A stretch of 63,805 bases of DNA, filler included, from Octopus bimaculoides (Eukaryota): NCBI RefSeq assembly GCF_001194135.2. It is 5 parts of 5 records of this genome, joined end to end, with 100 filler letters (N's around TTAATTAATTAA, not from the genome) between each part and the next. Parts side by side here need not be neighbours in the genome. Positions count along the whole stretch, not along the records: positions 1 to 18,298 come from NC_068986.1; positions 18,399 to 38,220 come from NC_068992.1; 3 more parts are not named here. The stretch is one strand, 5' to 3'. A program made the translations under genes and the position numbers. This document shows, piece by piece, positions 12,832 to 25,494 of this stretch (within the stretch, counting starts at the first letter, position 1; the number at the start of each line of letters is the position of its first letter). A model generated the notes under the pieces. The model was not told the origin of the DNA. It worked only from the letters and a program-made list of their open reading frames with translations, and made no database searches.

Positions 12832-13598
12832 AACAATAAGAAAATGGAGGGATCAAGAGGTGGTATTCAACTTTTAGACATTATATTATGTCTGTTTATT
12901 TCTTAAAAAAAACATTATAACAATATACATACATGTATACCATATTATGCTTTACATATACAATATATAAAAATACCAGTAATTATTGAAATACATAACG
13001 TAGATCACAGGAGGCTAAAGTACACCAATCTACTTATCTCCCTTCAGTGAACTGAAGTATTTGGTAGATAAGATTTAGGTAGTTGGGTGTGTCGCTGGGC
13101 TTCGTCAGAGAGTTTAGAAAGTTCATAAGCATAAGTTATAAATACAAAGACATACACATATGCACACTTATACATATACATACGTACACAAAAAACATAA
13201 ATAAACACATGTACATATATTTTTTATATTTTTATACTCATATGCATATGTATATGTATATGTATATTACTATTAGGTGTATTATATTATTCTTATTAGA
13301 TAAAGTATAAACAGAGGAAGGAGACAGTTGTCAAAAGAGAAATAACAGTGGAATATAAAAACAATATATCCTAAGATTATTGTAGTGATGTAGGAAGTAA
13401 AAGGTATATAAATGAGGCATAAATAAACATATATACATATACATACACATATATATATATATACATACATATATATTTGCGTACAAACATAGCCATAGGT
13501 ACATACATATTACATGTTTTGGTTTTCTAAATAGACATAATATATTGTCTAAAAGTTGATGAATACCACCTCTTAATCTCCTCCATTTAGTTATTGTT
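12832..13598. repeat. Inverted repeat pair (about 70-bp arms, 12832-12900 and 13529-13598)
   Basis: aacaataagaaaatggagg..aagaggtggtattcaacttttagaca recurs reverse-complemented. Confidence 0.8.
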
Positions 13599-13795
13599 GT
13601 GTAATTTGAGGGTAAAAAACTTTTTAACCCTCACCCATTCATAACATACAGTAGTGTAATTGCCATACAAATAAAAAATAACACTTGTGTATTAATAACT
13701 GGGTTTTATACCAGCAGTATATTGGATAGAAATTATCCCTTAGTTGGTTGAATTAACAACATCTAACTCTTTTGGAATAATTATATATATATATA

Positions 13796-14227
13796 TAAAT
13801 GAAACATTCAAACACTAAGATCTGAAGTTAGATGTTACTACTGTTCATATCATCTGTGGATAAATTATAACTTTGATGATATCACCAGTAGTGACATGGG
13901 TGGATCGCAGTTATAATACTTTTAAATAGCTATGAATTATAAATTTACACGAAGCGTAATGATGCTTAACAAGAGCTAGAAATAAGAGCTAAGTCTTAAA
14001 TTAATCCACCGTAGCGCACCAATATAGGAAAGAAAAACAGTATGCGAAGAAAACAGAAAGACTTAAAACATTTAACAGCACAAATAAATTCATAGCTATT
14101 TAAAGCTATTATAACTGCGATCCACCCATGTCACTACTGGTGATATCATCAAATTTAGAATTTATCCAAAGATGATATGAACAGTAGTAACATCTAACTT
14201 CAAATCTCAGTGTTTGAATGTCATTTA
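13796..14227. repeat. Inverted repeat (about 145-bp arms, 13796-13940 and 14084-14227), foldback/MITE-like
   Basis: Arms align with over 90% identity by eye. Confidence 0.9.
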
Positions 14228-15896
14228 TGCAATTTTATGCACCATGTGCTCTGTTTTTGGCGCAAAACAAAACCAGTTGCACAGACAGAGACTAACTTGA
14301 ACAGTCACGGATTTAAACTGGTAGTCCACACTGACGTGGGTCAGGGTTAAATGCTTAAAAGCAGAAACCTGGTTTGTGAATATCCCTAATTGCGTAATAT
14401 TTTTCTTTGTACTGTTAAATGTTTTAATTCTTTCTGTTTTCCGCGCATACTGTTTTTCTCTNNNNNNNNNNGCACATGCGCAAAGGTCTGCCTGTTTTAT
14501 GTTGGAATGTGTATGTGTGTGCATGTGTGTGTGTGTGTGTGTGGCGAAAGTGGAATACTGAAATAGGGTATGAGAAGAGAATGTGTGAGAGTAGGAATAC
14601 ACAACCGTCAGGAATGTGATTAAAAAAAACGTTTACTGAGAGAATTGAAACGTTGCAGAACTTATACAGAAAATCCATTTTCGAATGTCATAGCACAGCT
14701 GGTTTCGCGTTGATGCGTATAAGCAAAGACTTATGAAGTCCGAATTTACTTTTCAGTCGTGTACATAGAAGTCTATGAGAATATTTGATTTACTTCAAGT
14801 TCGGAAAAATATATTAAAATTATGAAATAAGGTATCATATATGACCAATATAGTCAGGAATAGGACAACTAATTTATTTTTTAGCATATATAAGTATATA
14901 TACATATACATGCATATATATANNNNNNNNNNNNNNNNNNNNNNNNNNNNNNNNNNNNNNNNNNNNNNNNNNNNNNNNNNNNNNNNNNNNNNNNNNNNNN
15001 NNNNNNNNNNNNNNNNNNNNNNNNNNNNNNNNNNNNNNNNNNNNNNNNNNNNNNNNNNNNNNNNNNNNNNNNNNNNNNNNNNNNNNNNNNNNNNNNNNNN
15101 NNNNNNNNNNNNNNNNNNNNNNNNNNNNNNNNNNNNNNNNNNNNNNNNNNNNNNNNNNNNNNNNNNNNNNNNNNNNNNNNNNNNNNNNNNNNNNNNNNNN
15201 NNNNNNNNNNNNNNNNNNNNNNNNNNNNNNNNNNNNNNNNNNNNNNNNNNNNNNNNNNNNNNNNNNNNNNNNNNNNNNNNNNNNNNNNNNNNNNNNNNNN
15301 NNNNNNNNNNNNNNNNNNNNNNNNNNNNNNNNNNNNNNNNNNNNNNNNNNNNNNNNNNNNNNNNNNNNNNNNNNNNNNNNNNNNNNNNNNNNNNNNNNNN
15401 NNNNNNNNNNNNNNNNNNNNNNNNNNNNNNNNNNNNNNNNNNNNNNNNNNNNNNNNNNNNNNNNNNNNNNNNNNNNNNNNNNNNNNNNNNNNNNNNNNNN
15501 NNNNNNNNNNNNNNNNNNNNNNNNNNNNNNNNNNNNNNNNNNNNNNNNNNNNNNNNNNNNNNNNNNNNNNNNNNNNNNNNNNNNNNNNNNNNNNNNNNNN
15601 NNNNNNNNNNNNNNNNNNNNNNNNNNNNNNNNNNNNNNNNNNNNNNNNNNNNNNNNNNNNNNNNNNNNNNNNNNNNNNNNNNNNNNNNNNNNNNNNNNNN
15701 NNNNNNNNNNNNNNNNNNNNNNNNNNNNNNNNNNNNNNNNNNNNNNNNNNNNNNNNNNNNNNNNNNNNNNNNNNNNNNNNNNNNNNNNNNNNNNNNNNNN
15801 NNNNNNNNNNNNNNNNNNNNNNNNNNNNNNNNNNNNNNNNNNNNNNNNNNNNNNNNNNNNNNNNNNNNNNNNNNNNNNNNNNNNNNNNNNNNNNNN

Positions 15897-15939
<43 letters not shown>

Positions 15940-15942
15940 CTT

Positions 15943-15986
<44 letters not shown>

Positions 15987-16451
15987 AATATCTAGCTATG
16001 TATTTACATATTTACATAGAAATTCAAACATACACAAATTCACATTTATCTGTATATATATGCGTAAGTAAAATATTCTTATTCATACTATTACACACAC
16101 ATGTTATGCAACTTGCTTTTAGTTTATCAATGTGTTTAGTAATTTACTGACATAACAGACCAACAACGTGCAGCTATTATTTCAAACACTATCTATTAAA
16201 GGACATATATCATATCGGAAATTCTTATACAAAATAATCGCTCGCTCTATCTCTCTCCTATATATGCGTATGTACACACATATGTATATATGTTCCTACA
16301 TACACGTATATATATATATACATATGTATGTGTGTATACGTTGTAATTTATGTGGTTTGTTGCACAATCGCATACACATCCAATCATAACAAAATGAAAA
16401 CCGTGTTAGAAAAAAGATAGATTAAGGAAAGACGAGATAATNNNNNNNNNN

Positions 16452-16489
<38 letters not shown>

Positions 16490-17122
16490 CATATGTATGT
16501 GTGTATACGTTGTAATTTATGTGGTTTGTTGCACAATCGCATACACATCCAATCATAACAAAATGAAAACCGTGTTAGAAAAAAGATAGATTAAGGAAAG
16601 ACGAGATAATTAGTGTGAGAATATAAAGTACAATGATTTTAGATGGTACTGGAGGAAAAGGATGGTAAGTTAGTTGTTAGTTGTTATGTTGTAATTCAAT
16701 TAGCAGTCTCTGTCGATATAGAAGTGGGTATCGATACAAAACTATTGATTGTACATTCATTATCGTCTGGAAAGACACTTTTCACAATACATCACGAGTT
16801 TTCTTTAGTTCTGTATGAAAACTCTATACTAATTGCTATTGAAAATATATTACAATTCCATGGAGATTTCAATGATTATAAAATAATATTTACAATTTAA
16901 TGAGTTCTCACTAGACGTAGATTCTATAAACCACTTTCTCTATAATTTTATCTTACAGCCTATTTATTTTCTCTCCTCACACCGTTTTGGAATCCTCTTT
17001 TTATTTTTACCCTGTTGTTGTTCCATGTTTCCACCCTGTTTTTGTGATGACACACGCTGATACACACAGCGGTATAGGCATATACACATAGATACACGTG
17101 TGCGTAGATGTGTGCAAGGGTG

Positions 17123-17176
<54 letters not shown>

Positions 17177-17291
17177 NNNNNNNNNNNNNNNNNNNNNNNN
17201 NNNNNNNNNNNNNNNNNNNNNNNNNNNNNNNNNNNNNNNNNNNNNNNNNNNNNNNNNNNNNNNNNNNNNNNNNNNNNNNNNNNNNNNNNNN

Positions 17292-17338
<47 letters not shown>

Positions 17339-17511
17339 TTATGTGTGCAAATATACACTGTCTATCTATCTATATATATATCTATATATCTATCTATCTA
17401 TCTACCTTTCTGTCTGTCTGTGAGTCTGTACTATGTATCTCTATGTCTATCTGCCATCTGTCTGTCTGTCTTCCCGTATGTCTTTGTATATATATGTGTG
17501 TATGTGTGTGG

Positions 17512-17603
<92 letters not shown>

Positions 17604-18476
17604 GTGTGTGCGCGCACATGCGTGAGTGTGTGATGACTGGAAGCTAATATTTATAAAAGAAGTACCTGGAAATAAGGAAATATTAATTCTTCAGTCTCAC
17701 TTGGTTGTGTCGCAGAATTAATAGATGGATGTATTGACCATTTCCCCATCAATATTAAAAGAACCAAACATAATTTGCCCTAGTTAAATATAACAAACTA
17801 AAATGAAAATATATATGCAGCGAATTAAAATATTATGATAGAAGGCACGTGAAGAGAGAAAAGATACAAGGTATGAGAATGTATAAAACGATCATTACTT
17901 ACGGCATCAAGCGAATGAGATTTCTAATTTACAACAGCGAAATAGAACGAAATATATTTGTAGTGTTTAAATGTAAACCCCGATCACAAAAATACGACTG
18001 ACCGTCTCTCGTCACTGGACTGAGACGCTTGTTCTTTTAACATCGAGAACTTAAGTTTATTGTTATTTAATTTGATGATTGCATTTACTGCAACCAAATG
18101 CAAGTAACTGAACAAAGAATCAATGTTCTCAATAAATAAAATTGAAAATAAATGCAAGCGTGGCTGCGTGGTAAGAAGCATCCTTCCCAACCACATGGTT
18201 CCAGGTGCAATCTCTTTGAGTAGTACCTTCGGCAAGTGTCTTCTACATGAGCCGATCTAGTTAGCGGAAACTGATAGAAGACAGTTTCATATATATATNN
18301 NNNNNNNNNNNNNNNNNNNNNNNNNNNNNNNNNNNNNNNNNNTTAATTAATTAANNNNNNNNNNNNNNNNNNNNNNNNNNNNNNNNNNNNNNNNNNNNTA
18401 TATATACATACATAATATATACATATATATATATGTTTGTATATATATATATACATACATACATATATATATATAA

Positions 18477-18523
<47 letters not shown>

Positions 18524-19810
18524 TTTTGTTTTTTGTGAGACATTTTGTTCTCTGTATAATTAAGAATAAAATAAGAATTTGTTCATATTTCTTCCACTGT
18601 TGTACACTAAATCCTTTTTACATTTGTTCCATGCGTTCCATATGGAACAGTGACCGACTTAATAGATGTTTGTGATTCAAAAGAGCAACTATAGAAGGAA
18701 GCACTTAATCTAGTTCAATTGGCTCGGAAAGCGCTTGGATGCTTTTGTTGTTGGAAGGAAATATTACTTTCCACTGAAATACTATTGCCTGTTTCTGCTA
18801 CCTCTATCCGCATAATATTGTTATCTACAGTCGCGGTCATTTTACTCAAATGGATACTCTGGTATACTCTCTTCCGATGATCTGAACAAGCAGCATCTAG
18901 AAAAATGTTCTAAAACTATCGGCAAAGAGGTGGTTTGCACTTCTAATATTTTCTTCATTCTCAGTGTGAAAAAGTATATACTAATATTTTACTAATTAAA
19001 ATAACTACAATTAAAAGAAATGTTAGCACATATTTAAACTGATTATTAAGAGAAAGGAATCATGTCTATGTTTTTTCTTCAAGTGTGTATTCATGAAGCT
19101 GATGTGACTCGTAATCAATGTGTAAGAAATGTTTTCTCTATAGAAATTATTTTAAACTCATTTTGTTTTAACATACTTCTTATACGAGGAACTTCGCACA
19201 ATTCTGTTCTAAACAATCTTTAATTGATTTTTATTACAGTTGTTCCACTGCTCTTTGTCAAATAGTTTGTCTCAATGATTTCGACAAAAATGTAATACCA
19301 CATACTTCTGTTTCCACTTCAGTATTAGATATTTGTCAAATTCTATCCCGTCCATTATGTCCGAAATGTAAGGGTAAGTATTAAATATTTAGCCTTATCC
19401 AAATATGTATATCAATGGACACATTTTGATCTAAGTTACTTCCCAACTAAATTCTCACCACATCCTTGGTCTTATGTTTTTACTTTCTCCTTGCCTATAT
19501 GTCTTCATTATTTTCTACTATCATTTTTTCATTTACTATTCCCTTTTTCCTTTCTTCCTTATTTCATACATTACTTTTATCGAAATTCTCGTTATTTGCT
19601 TCTTTCCTTCTTTGTATAATTCTAAACTATTTTTCATACAACTTATTTTTTCTGAAGATATCAACATGATGGAAACAAATTTATAATCACATAAAGTAAA
19701 TTTTATATAAATTACATTTACCTATTCTTCTTGAACAATCGAGAAACATATGATAATCAATTTCATAATGTTAATGTGTGTGCATGTGTGTATGTGTGTA
19801 TGTGTGTGTA

Positions 19811-19891
<81 letters not shown>

Positions 19892-20059
19892 CATTCTTCT
19901 ATTGTTCTAGCTCATTAAAGCTGCGATAACCTTTGCTTTCAAGAGAATATTTTTTCATTATATTGATATTCAGAATTATAGTTACACCACAAGAAAGGGA
20001 GGTGAAAGTTGACATTTAATATCTAAATGTAAACGGATGTAATGAAACGCCACAATATA

Positions 20060-21296
20060 TTAGGTTGGTCCGAAAATAATGGCCGATTCCAGAAACACAA
20101 TTTTATTCTGGAAAAATTAACAATAGAAATGTTTTGATTAGTCAAAGTATGAGCCATGAGCATCTATACATCTCTACCATCGATCAACGAGATTATTTAT
20201 GCCTCATTGATAAAAACTTATTAGCTTTGAAGCTAAGAGATCTTTGAAAGCTGATTCCAACTCTGGTTTGGACTTCAAAGTTTTATCATTTCAAAACGTA
20301 TTCAAAAGCCTGAAAAATGGTAGTCCTTGGCTGAAAGATCAGGAGAATATGGAGGATGTGTTAAGTCTTCTATCTCAAGTCTGTGAGTTTCTGCAGCATT
20401 ATTCTTGCAACATGAGGATTTGCATTATTGTGGAACAGAATTGGGCCACGCCGATTCACCAATGCAGGTCTCATTTTTTTGGTAGCAGCAAACCTCTGCT
20501 GCAATGCTCTGATTGACTTCCAGAAAGCTGTAATGGACAACACCAACTGCAGACCACTAGACAGTCACCATAATCTTTCGCCGATGCAACTTTGGCTTTG
20601 GGAAATGTTTGGGGGACACAACACGATCAAGCCATTAACCTGACCGCTTACGGTTATCATAAAGGATCCACTTTTCGTCAGAAGTGACTATTCGGTCATG
20701 AAAAGGATCATTGGTCTTTCGCAGAAAGAGTACCGAGCACACTTCAAAACACCAAACGTTTTCACATTCATTGAGCTCATGCGGTATCCATTTATCGAGA
20801 TTTTTTTCACCTTACGCAGATTGCGTGAGACCGTTGCAATACCAACACCAAGTGATTGAGACATTTCTCTGACACTTTAACGTGGGTTTTGTTCAACAAT
20901 TGCTTTAATTGTTCATTGTCAAGACTTGCATGACCCTTCTCTACTTTCTTCATCTTCAAGGCTCTCATCACCATTACGGAATTTCTGAAACCACCTTCGT
21001 ATTGTGCGATCACTTGTGGAGCCCTCTCCTCATGCTTTATTGATATTGGCAGCAGCTTGGGAGGCACTGTGCCGTAGCTTGAACTCATGCAAGAAAAGTA
21101 AGTGAAGGTCCTGTTTTGTCATTAAGGACGCCTGCGCTTCAAGAATGTTTTCTGTCTAAAATAAGTAGAAAATTATTAAAGTGCATACATCAATTAGTAA
21201 GTCGAAATTCACCTAAAATATAATTAAAATACTATGATAGATATGCGTTTCAAAACACAACATTTAGAGCGGACATTATTTTCGGAATGACCTATC
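20060..21296 (-). mobile_element. Near full-length mariner (DD34D) transposon, pseudogenised
   Basis: Left TIR ttaggttggtccgaaaataatggccgatt after TA; degenerate right TIR cggacattattttcggaatgacctat at 21270-21295; about 1.24 kb; mariner-like translation fragments on the minus strand. Confidence 0.8.
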
Positions 21297-21431
21297 GAAT
21301 ATCCTATTCGACAAGCTTTTTCATTTGGTTTCCGCTGACAAAGGTTCCGTTTGGTGTGAGTGAACCCGGAATTACGTAAGCGAGGGTACTGCGCACTTGT
21401 ACACAAATATACGCATACGCATACACATATT

Positions 21432-21486
<55 letters not shown>

Positions 21487-22554
21487 NNNNNNNNNNNNNN
21501 NNNNNNNNNNNNNNNNNNNNNNNNNNNNNNNNNNNNNNNNNNNNNNNNNNNNNNNNNNNNNNNNNNNNNNNNNNNNNNNNNNNNNNNNNNNNNNNNNNNN
21601 NNNNNNNNNNNNNNNNNNNNNNNNNNNNNNNNNNNNNNNNNNNNNNNNNNNNNNNNNNNNNNNNNNNNNNNNNNNNNNNNNNNNNNNNNNNNNNNNNNNN
21701 NNNNNNNNNNNNNNNNNNNNNNNNNNNNNNNNNNNNNNNNNNNNNNNNNNNNNNNNNNNNNNNNNNNNNNNNNNNNNNNNNNNNNNNNNNNNNNNNNNNN
21801 NNNNNNNNNNNNNNNNNNNNNNNNNNNNNNNNNNNNNNNNNNNNNNNNNNNNNNNNNNNNNNNNNNNNNNNNNNNNNNNNNNNNNNNNNNNNNNNNNNNN
21901 NNNNNNNNNNNNNNNNNNNNNNNNNNNNNNNNNNNNNNNNNNNNNNNNNNNNNNNNNNNNNNNNNNNNNNNNNNNNNNNNNNNNNNNNNNNNNNNNNNNN
22001 NNNNNNNNNNNNNNNNNNNNNNNNNNNNNNNNNNNNNNNNNNNNNNNNNNNNNNNNNNNNNNNNNNNNNNNCCCTAAACGATATATAATTTTTCATATTT
22101 TCAAGTAAGATTGTAATGCTTATCTATTAAATTTTTAGTACATGGGTTATCTGCTACAATTTTCAGTTAATGTAATATTTCGTATACTTTTTGTTAAATA
22201 TTTTCTAAAATTTTTACTCATTTCTTTCTCTTGAGACAAAAAAATTACTGTTTCTTAAATGAATTTTCTGTTTCATTAATCTAGATTGTCGTTGTTTTGA
22301 AATGTATTTCACTTCGGCGCGGTTTTCTCAACAGCCTCAATAAATCTTTCCGAAGAAATATACAAAGAATTTGTTGTAGTGTGTGTCCACAATTTTGTGA
22401 TTACATTCCTCAAAGGTGTTGAGGACATAAGAAAACTGATGTGAAATACCTTCGACCTGTACTTGAACGAATATTGCACTAAATAGCGTGTAAATATTTT
22501 CAACACACCAAATCACCAATTAACATAGCTTCTAATATATTATATCGCCCTAAG

Positions 22555-22770
22555 ACTGTTAGTTGGCAGAATCGTTTGCACTCCAGGCTAAATGATGAGC
22601 AGCGTTTCGTTCGTATTTACATTATGAGTTCAAAATCCACCGAGATTGACTTTGCCGTTCATCCTTCCGGCGTCGATAAAATACATACATATCAGTTAAG
22701 AACTCGGGTCGATGTAATCGACTTACCCCTCCCCTGAACTTGCTAGCCTTGAGTCAAAATTTGAAATAAC
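22555..22770 (+). mobile_element. tRNA-derived SINE
   Basis: ttggcagaatcgtt...gagttcaaaatccaccgagattgactttgcc; same family as 6692. Confidence 0.65.
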
Positions 22771-22959
22771 TGAGATATGTCACCTTTCTACACACATATT
22801 TATATATAAAGGTGTTGTTTCACTTTTACACATATATACATATTTACATACATACATACATACGTACATACATACATACATACGCACATACATACGCACA
22901 TACATTCACATGGTTTCTACGGTATGTGCATGTGCATGCAAGAAATTTATGAATTCTTT

Positions 22960-23151
22960 TATTCCTTTACTTGTTTCAGACATTTGACTGCGCCCATGCT
23001 GGAGCATCGTCTTTAGTCGAACAAATCGACCCAAGGACTTATTCTTTCTAAGCCCAGTACTTATTCTATCGCCGAACCTATAGTTTACGGGGACATAAAC
23101 ACACCAACATCAGTTGTCAACTGATGGTAGGGAGGACAAACAAATACATAC

Positions 23152-23182
<31 letters not shown>

Positions 23183-23330
23183 CGACGGGCTTCTTTCAGT
23201 TTCCGTCTACCAAATCCACTTACAAGGCTTTGGTCGGCCGAGGCTTTAGTAGAAGACACAAGGTGCTACGCAATAGGATTGAACCCGGATCCACGTGGTT
23301 AGAATGTAAGCTTCTTATCACACAGCGACA
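22960..23330 (-). mobile_element. SINE with internal (TA)n/(TACA)n
   Basis: Head and tail match the family at 6459-6620 and 3555-3785. Confidence 0.7.
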
Positions 23331-23544
23331 AATTATGAATATCGAAGTATCACCTTTATATATAGGGGTTTTAACATTAAATTCGATATCAGCAACTTAA
23401 ATCTCGGTAATCAAAGTCAGTCTGGTTTCCATCAATAAATATTTACGCACGAAAGTGAAATATTGTTTAGCAAAGACGTTGTAACACAGTGGTCACAAAC
23501 AAAGGATACGATATTTTAGGCACTGAGCAATCCCTCTCTTAACA

Positions 23545-24005
23545 CTGTATGCATAGTGGGAATTGAAGTTGAGGTATCGTCCAGTAAAGGTCGACTCGCG
23601 GTATACGGATGTCCTGAATCCATACTTGGTGCGTGTCATTAATACGTCCAAGAATGCCTGAGAACTGTAGGAATGGCTTTATTGAGTTCACACGATCTAA
23701 CAGCACTTGGACATCTTCTTGGTGGGGCCAGGCCAGAGTATAAAGGTGTCATCAACATATCGTAGCCATAATGTTGGTTTTAGTGGTGTTGATCCTAAAG
23801 CCAAATTCTTACACTATTCCATATATATATTGGCTATTAGCGATGATAATGGCGAACCCATAGCTAAACCCTCCTCCTGTCGATATATATCAGTGTCGAT
23901 TCTGAAGTAGGTAGTTTCTACACAGAAGGTCAACATTTCCATTGAACTTCTTATTGGTATACTAGTGCGTTCTTTTAGATGGGTGTTGACACTAGTTTTG
24001 CTTGT
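23545..24005 (-). mobile_element. Penelope-like element reverse transcriptase fragment
   Basis: TTYFRIDTDIYRQEEGLAMGSPLSSLIANIYME; KPTLWLRYVDDTFILW; FLDVL; SVYRESTFTGRYLNFNSH, all PLE-type RT/thumb motifs. Confidence 0.85.
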
Positions 24006-24009
24006 ATCA

Positions 24010-25190
24010 CTGATACTGCTTCACCAGTTGGGACTTTGAAGCTGTCAACACTTGGGCGGTTTTACTACTTAGATATGGAGCAGAGGTAATCGCATGCATA
24101 ATAGTCGAACTAAACAACTTAGACAGAAAGGCAAGGAAGTTGCTGACTAGATATGGGATATTCCACCCAAAATGTGGCACAGACAAGAAAAGAGGACTCA
24201 TTGGATGCGAACACAGCATTAGAGCAGAAGAGAACAACATAGCATGGTATGTAAAAACATTCCACAGAACCGCTATTATTGGAAGAAGTAAGAAAGTAGG
24301 ATGGACGATTGCAAAGGTAAAGTGCCGTATAAGCCCTTGAGAATGAATGAAACTGAAAATAGTTGGATAAAGACTAGAATGCATGCACAATTTCATAGGG
24401 ATCTTGAAGATAAGACAGGCAAAGAAAAAACATGGCTATAGATAATTAAAGTGATTTAAAACCGGAAACGGAGGATGTAATATATGCTGCCCAAGAGCAA
24501 GCATTAAGAAGCAATTATATCAAATACAGAATAGTCAACACATCAGAAAGTTATAAGTGCAGAAATTGTGAACAAAATGGTGAAACGGTATGGCATATTA
24601 CCAGTCAGTGTACGCCACTAGCCCAGAAGAAATATAAGAGACGTCACGACAATATAGCAAGGCTTGTCCGTTGGACTCAACAGAGCAAAAAATGTGGTAC
24701 GAGCTTAAACCCGAACTCATCATCAAAAATGATAATGCAAAGATCCTATGGGATTTTATGATACAGTGCGACCATGGGATAGAGAATAGGAAACCAAATA
24801 TTGTGTTAATTGAGAAAGTACGCAAACTATGCTGGATCATAGATATAGCATGCCCAGCTGACAACAAATTATGCTATAAGGAAGAAAGAAAATTCGATAG
24901 ATATAACAGGTTAGCTTGGGGGTTAAGCAGTTGTGGTCGCTGAAAAATGTGGTAATTGTACCACTAATTGTCAGAACCCTGGTGAGTAAAAATCTTGAGA
25001 AGTACATGGAAGAAATAGGGGTCGCAATGAAGGTGAAGCGCTTGCAGAAAACAGCACTACTTGGAACCGATCGAATACTCTGGATGGTGCTCGAAAATTA
25101 AGGTGTCTTACCTTAGTTCACTGGTAGTGAACAGCTGACACCGTAGGACATCTTCAGCGTTAGAAGTTGTGCAAATACAATAAAAGGATA
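24010..25190 (+). mobile_element. R4/Dong-like (restriction-like endonuclease) LINE, 3' part
   Basis: CCHC knuckle KCRNCEQNGETVWHITSQC; KILWDFMIQCDHGIENRKPNIVLIEK..IIDIACPAD; LQKTALLGT; 3' UTR and A-rich tail. Confidence 0.85.
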
Positions 25191-25204
25191 ATTATCTTTT
25201 CTAA

Positions 25205-25410
25205 TAAAGGCACAAGGCTTGAAATTTGCGGTGAGGAGGCCAGTCGATTATATTGAACTCAGTGTTTCACTGGTACTTAATTTATGGAACCCGAAAAGAT
25301 GAAAGCTTAATAGATCCCGGCGAATTTGAACTCTGAAGGTAGCGACGAGCAAAATACCGCTAAGCATTTCGTCCAGCATGCTAACGATTCTGCCAGGTCG
25401 CACCTCAATA
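25205..25410 (-). mobile_element. tRNA-derived SINE
   Basis: Reverse complement of the 6692 family. Confidence 0.7.
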
Positions 25411-25450
25411 CTACTACTAATACTACTACTAATACTACTACTACTACTAC

Positions 25451-25493
<43 letters not shown>

Positions 25494-25494
25494 C

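Noticed and set aside
16320-16610. Exact direct duplication of about 120 bp on either side of a 10-N gap
   Set aside because: Identical copies flanking a gap are typical of an unmerged contig overlap
18343-18354. TTAATTAATTAA island inside an N run, repeated identically at 38266-38277, 50597-50608 and 60906-60917
   Set aside because: Always flanked by Ns on both sides and gives stops in all six frames, so it is an assembly or scaffolding spacer rather than biology
19645-19695. CTGAAGA tatc..gatg GAAAC
   Set aside because: No G-U-H after stem III and no stem I; likely chance in AT-rich DNA
22309-22519. Overlapping minus-strand ORFs in non-microsatellite DNA
   Set aside because: No family motif and no splice sites; cannot support a call
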